DNA from: a virus
IMG/VR virus record: IMGVR_UViG_3300036975_000025
Location: 1 to 62,786 of that record
Direction: 5' to 3' (one strand)
DNA: 62,786 bases
Shown here in pieces: positions 59,867-62,786 of the stretch (position 1 is its first letter; every line of letters starts with the position of its first letter). The notes under the pieces are model-generated. The model was given only the letters and a program-made list of their open reading frames with translations, was not told where the DNA came from and ran no database searches. The position numbers were made by a program, and so were the translations under genes.

Positions 59867-60973
59867 ATGAAGGGGGGAATCTACGAGAACAAGGGAAAGT
59901 ATGGGGCAAGGTGGATCGTCCGGTATCCAGGGGGAATCTGGCGGCGCTTTAAGGTCTATGAGGATGCAGAATCCTTCCTCATCGCCTTGAACTACCGGGA
60001 CCAAGTAGAGGGTGGAGTGGACCCAAGGGACTACCGGAAGGACGTGCCACTCGGGTTCATGACGTTGGCAGACCAATGGCTTGATGTGAAAAGATCGGAA
60101 GGCCTGCGGTCTCTGAAAAATCCTATCAACCACATCCAACACGCCGCGCGGTTTTTGGGAAACCGGAACGTCAAGGACATTAGGTACGGTGAACTGGAAG
60201 ACCTCTTGAAGCACTTGAGGCAGACCACGGACCTCTCGGGGAAGTCCCTGCACGACATTTTCACCACGCTCCACACGTTTTTTAAGTGGGTATCCAGGCG
60301 GGAAAAGAAGTTTGAAATGCCCGACTTCCCCACCATTAAGTACGAGTTGAAATACAGGCAGACCGTGGACTTTGAAACACGGGCCAAAATCCTCGAGGAA
60401 GTGCGCCGGCTCTCATGGAAGGAAAATCCCAAAATCTATCTAGGCATCCTGTGGCTCTCTACCTATCCCATCGTGCGACCCATCGAGCTCTTGCAGGTCT
60501 TGGAACGGGACATCGACCTTTCCAATGGGACCATCACCATTACGCGAAGCAAGGTCAGGGGACAGTACAAACGAATTTACCTTATCGAGGAAGACGTGGA
60601 CACCATCCGGACCCTCCCCCGCGGTATGCCGTTGATGCCGTTCTTCCGGCATGAGAAGAAGAAAGGACAACCCGCGGGGAAGCAATTTGGCAAAGACTAT
60701 TGGTATTCATGGTGGAGGAAGGCTTGCAGGAACCTCAGCATCAAGGGCGTGAGCCTCTATCCCGGCACCAGGCATTCGACAGTCACGGGGCTGGGGGATG
60801 AACTGAGCCCTGAAGAGATCATGGCGGGAGCATCGGACCATCGGACCAACAAAGCCTTTGCCCGGTACTTCCACTTGAAGGCAGAGCGCAGGAGGGCTAT
60901 TTCGAGGCACATTCGGCTCAAGCAAACCTGCACATCATCTGCAACGGCAAATGGAGCAGGTGAAGAGGATTAA
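59867..60973 (+). CDS. int: Tyrosine integrase
   Basis: AAAAGGAG RBS before MKGGIYENKGKYGARW. Core-binding and catalytic domains are present, with R (RPIELL), PGTRHSTVT, and ASDHRTNKAFARYFH (H..Y). Confidence 0.9.
   Translation: MKGGIYENKGKYGARWIVRYPGGIWRRFKVYEDAESFLIALNYRDQVEGGVDPRDYRKDVPLGFMTLADQWLDVKRSEGLRSLKNPINHIQHAARFLGNRNVKDIRYGELEDLLKHLRQTTDLSGKSLHDIFTTLHTFFKWVSRREKKFEMPDFPTIKYELKYRQTVDFETRAKILEEVRRLSWKENPKIYLGILWLSTYPIVRPIELLQVLERDIDLSNGTITITRSKVRGQYKRIYLIEEDVDTIRTLPRGMPLMPFFRHEKKKGQPAGKQFGKDYWYSWWRKACRNLSIKGVSLYPGTRHSTVTGLGDELSPEEIMAGASDHRTNKAFARYFHLKAERRRAISRHIRLKQTCTSSATANGAGEED
60927..60943 (+). repeat. Arm-type direct repeat CCTGCACATCATCTGCA (left of the core)
   Basis: 16/17 identical to 61057..61073; together they flank the tRNA-like core. 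Confidence 0.55.
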
Positions 60974-60996
60974 GGATGCGGAAATTGCTGAAAATC

Positions 60997-61028
60997 TGGT
61001 GCCGAAGGGGAGACTCGAACTCCCCGAC
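60997..61028 (-). other. attP core candidate: 3' end of a tRNA (T arm + acceptor + CCA), tRNA-Leu-like
   Basis: The minus strand reads GUCGGGGAGUUCGAGUCUCCCCUUCGGCACCA. No matching 5' acceptor half (GCCGAAG) lies within 100 nt, so this is a fragment and not a gene. Confidence 0.7.
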
Positions 61029-61056
61029 TAGCCTGATTTTCCTGCAAAAAATCCAT

Positions 61057-61073
61057 CCTGCACACCATCTGCA
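61057..61073 (+). repeat. Arm-type direct repeat CCTGCACACCATCTGCA (right of the core)
   Basis: Partner of 60927..60943. Confidence 0.55.
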
Positions 61074-61142
61074 CATCCTTCTCAATTTTTCAGCTTGGAG
61101 ACAGTCTGGAGGCAACCGAGGCTGTCAAGGAAAGGAGAGATC

Positions 61143-61466
61143 ATGAAATATTCTGAAGCAATAGCATGGCTGGATGGTAAACGATCAACGCAAAACATCG
61201 TTCCACAAGATCCATTTGAAACATGGCAAGTCCGCGTGGCTCAAGCCGATGCTGCTATGATGGAACAAGCCTATTGGGTGGCCAAAGCACATCAAGACAG
61301 AGCAGAGGCAATCAACATTTTATTCGATGGTCCCCCTGGGCGGCAAAGTGGCAGGTTTGTCGAGGTTGAGAACGACGATGGGGAATCCATCAATGCCGGG
61401 GAATGGATACAATGCGAAAATGGTTTGTGGGCTCTGCGGATCACTGCATTGCCTATAGCCACCTAA
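61143..61466 (+). CDS. Hypothetical protein (107 aa)
   Basis: AAAGGAGAGATC RBS before MKYSEAIAWL. Confidence 0.55.
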   Translation: MKYSEAIAWLDGKRSTQNIVPQDPFETWQVRVAQADAAMMEQAYWVAKAHQDRAEAINILFDGPPGRQSGRFVEVENDDGESINAGEWIQCENGLWALRITALPIAT

Positions 61467-61489
61467 CGCCTGCCGGGGAGGAGATCAGG

Positions 61490-61663
61490 ATGAAAAAAAT
61501 GGATAAAGAGACAATGCGACCAATCGTGGATGAAATCAAAAAAGAAGGGGTGCGCTGTTTTTGTGACCTAGACAACTGGCAACCCGAAGAATCAACAGGG
61601 CATAGTTGGGTATGCCCGATTCACAAAAAAGCGGTTGCGCGTTTTAGGCAGTTATATCGGTGA
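61490..61663 (+). CDS. Hypothetical small protein (57 aa)
   Basis: Conserved leader ...GGGGAGGAGATCAGG before MKKMDKETMRP. Confidence 0.5.
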   Translation: MKKMDKETMRPIVDEIKKEGVRCFCDLDNWQPEESTGHSWVCPIHKKAVARFRQLYR

Positions 61664-61740
61664 AAGGGGAGAGTTGCAACTCAAAGATTCCGCCTCTGAG
61701 TTGCAGAAGATTAATGCGGGCATATAGGAGGTAAAACCCT

Positions 61741-61893
61741 ATGGCACAGCAAGAAGAGAAGCTAGTAGAGGCAATTGAAGTCCTTGCAGGTAAGATCACA
61801 GATGACATCAAAGCAGATGATGCACTGAAGTACACGCAAGCTGCTTTGAATGCCGCCCATGCAAGGCAAGTATTGAAACAGCCAAACAAGTAG
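61741..61893 (+). CDS. Hypothetical mini-protein (50 aa, below track threshold)
   Basis: TAGGAGGTAAAACCCT RBS. My translation is MAQQEEKLVEAIEVLAGKITDDIKADDALKYTQAALNAAHARQVLKQPNK. Preferred over the antisense track ORF 61644..61889. Confidence 0.5.
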   Translation: MAQQEEKLVEAIEVLAGKITDDIKADDALKYTQAALNAAHARQVLKQPNK

Positions 61894-61967
61894 TAACATT
61901 GGGGCTGGTGGGGGTGTATACCTCCATCAGCCTAAGAGGAGTCCTAACGCCTGCCGTGGAGGAGATT

Positions 61968-62168
61968 ATGGCGAAAATAAAGGTTTACACGATTCATCCG
62001 GGCGGTAAGGGCATGTTTGCACCATGCACCGAGAAAGACCCGCAAAACCTCGTTGATTGGTTTAAAAATGCGGACGTGGATGAAAAACACACAGAGGAAT
62101 TCACCATTGTTGTCGGCATGATGGAAGAATCTGAATACGACAAGATGCCAGAGTATATGGGGCCTTAA
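61968..62168 (+). CDS. Hypothetical small protein (66 aa)
   Basis: Conserved leader ...GTGGAGGAGATT before MAKIKVYTIHPGG. Confidence 0.5.
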   Translation: MAKIKVYTIHPGGKGMFAPCTEKDPQNLVDWFKNADVDEKHTEEFTIVVGMMEESEYDKMPEYMGP

Positions 62169-62199
62169 CGCCTTTCAGCGCTATGCGCCGGGGGAGACA

Positions 62200-62334
62200 A
62201 TGGCTATCGGAACGCCTGAACAAATCGACAAGTATGAAAGGGACCGTCATTACAAGAAGTGGCTCAAACGGCTTATGGCGAAATGGAGAAGAAAGAAAGG
62301 GCAGGACAATAAATATCGGGGATATTCTACTTAG
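62200..62334 (+). CDS. Basic mini-protein (44 aa, below track threshold)
   Basis: GGGGGAGACA RBS. My translation is MAIGTPEQIDKYERDRHYKKWLKRLMAKWRRKKGQDNKYRGYST. Confidence 0.4.
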   Translation: MAIGTPEQIDKYERDRHYKKWLKRLMAKWRRKKGQDNKYRGYST

Positions 62335-62343
62335 GGGGAGAAA

Positions 62344-62733
62344 ATGGAACTCCGTAAACTGGCAGAAAAGATTGCCCGAGAAATCATGACAATGGAATAT
62401 GCCCATGGGTCTGTAGTTGTGGAACGCATTGCCATGATGAAAAAGCAGTCTGATGGGAGTGAAAGAACCCTTGGAGGACGGTGCATGTCCAGTGTTGCAG
62501 ATGTCATTGAAAAACACTTGGCCGATGAGCCTGACCGCCCCGTCGAGGACGCCCTGCGGGAGAGGGTGCGGGAAGAAAACACGCTTTCTGTCATGCCCCT
62601 TATTGGCCCATTGCTAGACGCATGGGATGATTTGCCAAACGATGTCAAGGGTGCTTCAGAAATAAGCAGACTTGCTGTTTTAATCAATAGAATTGCCTTG
62701 AGAATAGACCCAAATGGAGATGATAAAGTGTGA
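62344..62733 (+). CDS. Hypothetical protein (129 aa); C-terminal module paralogous to 1122..1472
   Basis: GGGGGAGAAA RBS; C-terminal AWDDLPND...DPNGDDKV; its 3' end lies in the terminal repeat. Confidence 0.65.
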   Translation: MELRKLAEKIAREIMTMEYAHGSVVVERIAMMKKQSDGSERTLGGRCMSSVADVIEKHLADEPDRPVEDALRERVREENTLSVMPLIGPLLDAWDDLPNDVKGASEISRLAVLINRIALRIDPNGDDKV

Positions 62734-62786
62734 AGCCCTGAAAGGAGGAGATCGTGAGTGATGACATCCGCATTATCGCTGAGGGC
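62660..62786. repeat. Exact 127-bp terminal direct repeat, copy 2 (= 1..127)
   Basis: Identical to 1..127. Confidence 0.95.

Noticed and set aside
60997-61075. Complete tRNA gene downstream of the integrase
   Set aside because: Only the T arm, 3' acceptor strand and CCA are present. The expected 5' acceptor strand (GCCGAAG) and the D and anticodon arms are absent within 100 nt. It is interpreted as the attP core.
61644-61889. 81-aa minus-strand ORF in the plus arm
   Set aside because: It opposes the local gene orientation, lacks an RBS and is hydrophobic/Ser-rich. A 50-aa plus-strand ORF with a TAGGAGGT RBS (61741..61893) explains the region better.

Overview
The window is a complete genome of a temperate tailed dsDNA phage that closes into a circle. 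Its ends (1..127 and 62660..62786) are identical, giving a unit length of 62,659 bp. Two divergent transcription arms leave a Cro/CI-type switch at about 46.24-46.33 kb and converge at about 3.31 kb. The minus arm carries a Cro-like HTH gene, an RHH regulator, a DnaB helicase, and a lambda-O-like initiator with an iteron origin inside its own gene. It continues with a nuclease/methylase block (two HNH-type genes, VRR-NUC, a beta-class DNA MTase) and a 7-copy iteron-like array flanked by a RAMP-like ORF and a double-HTH ORF. Next come terS/terL, portal, scaffold, and a major capsid gene split by a group I intron that encodes an HNH endonuclease. The arm ends with a long late operon in which most ORFs carry Sec-type signal peptides, a 2,079-aa giant protein, a membrane-anchored S49/ClpP-type peptidase, a lysis-like cassette and a metallophosphoesterase. 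The plus arm carries an XRE regulator, small early ORFs, an atypical 116-nt tRNA-like gene and an ERF/YqaJ/NinB recombination module. It also carries an AT-richer cargo island (SGNH hydrolase, SAM-MTase, formyltransferase, epimerase-like remnant, PIG-L deacetylase, APS kinase, sulfotransferase), a tyrosine integrase, and an attP containing a tRNA-Leu-like 3' end. The most unusual observations are: (1) the capsid-gene intron; (2) an in-frame UGA preceded by CxxU context with a SECIS-like hairpin; (3) the non-canonical tRNA-like gene with an 8-bp acceptor stem; (4) the phage-borne PAPS/sulfotransferase glycan-tailoring island; (5) the signal peptides on late-region proteins; (6) the iteron array beside a RAMP-like ORF; and (7) a VVSSLxDL peptide motif shared by the giant protein and a small membrane protein in the immunity region. 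All functional calls rest on motifs read by eye, and no database search was run.
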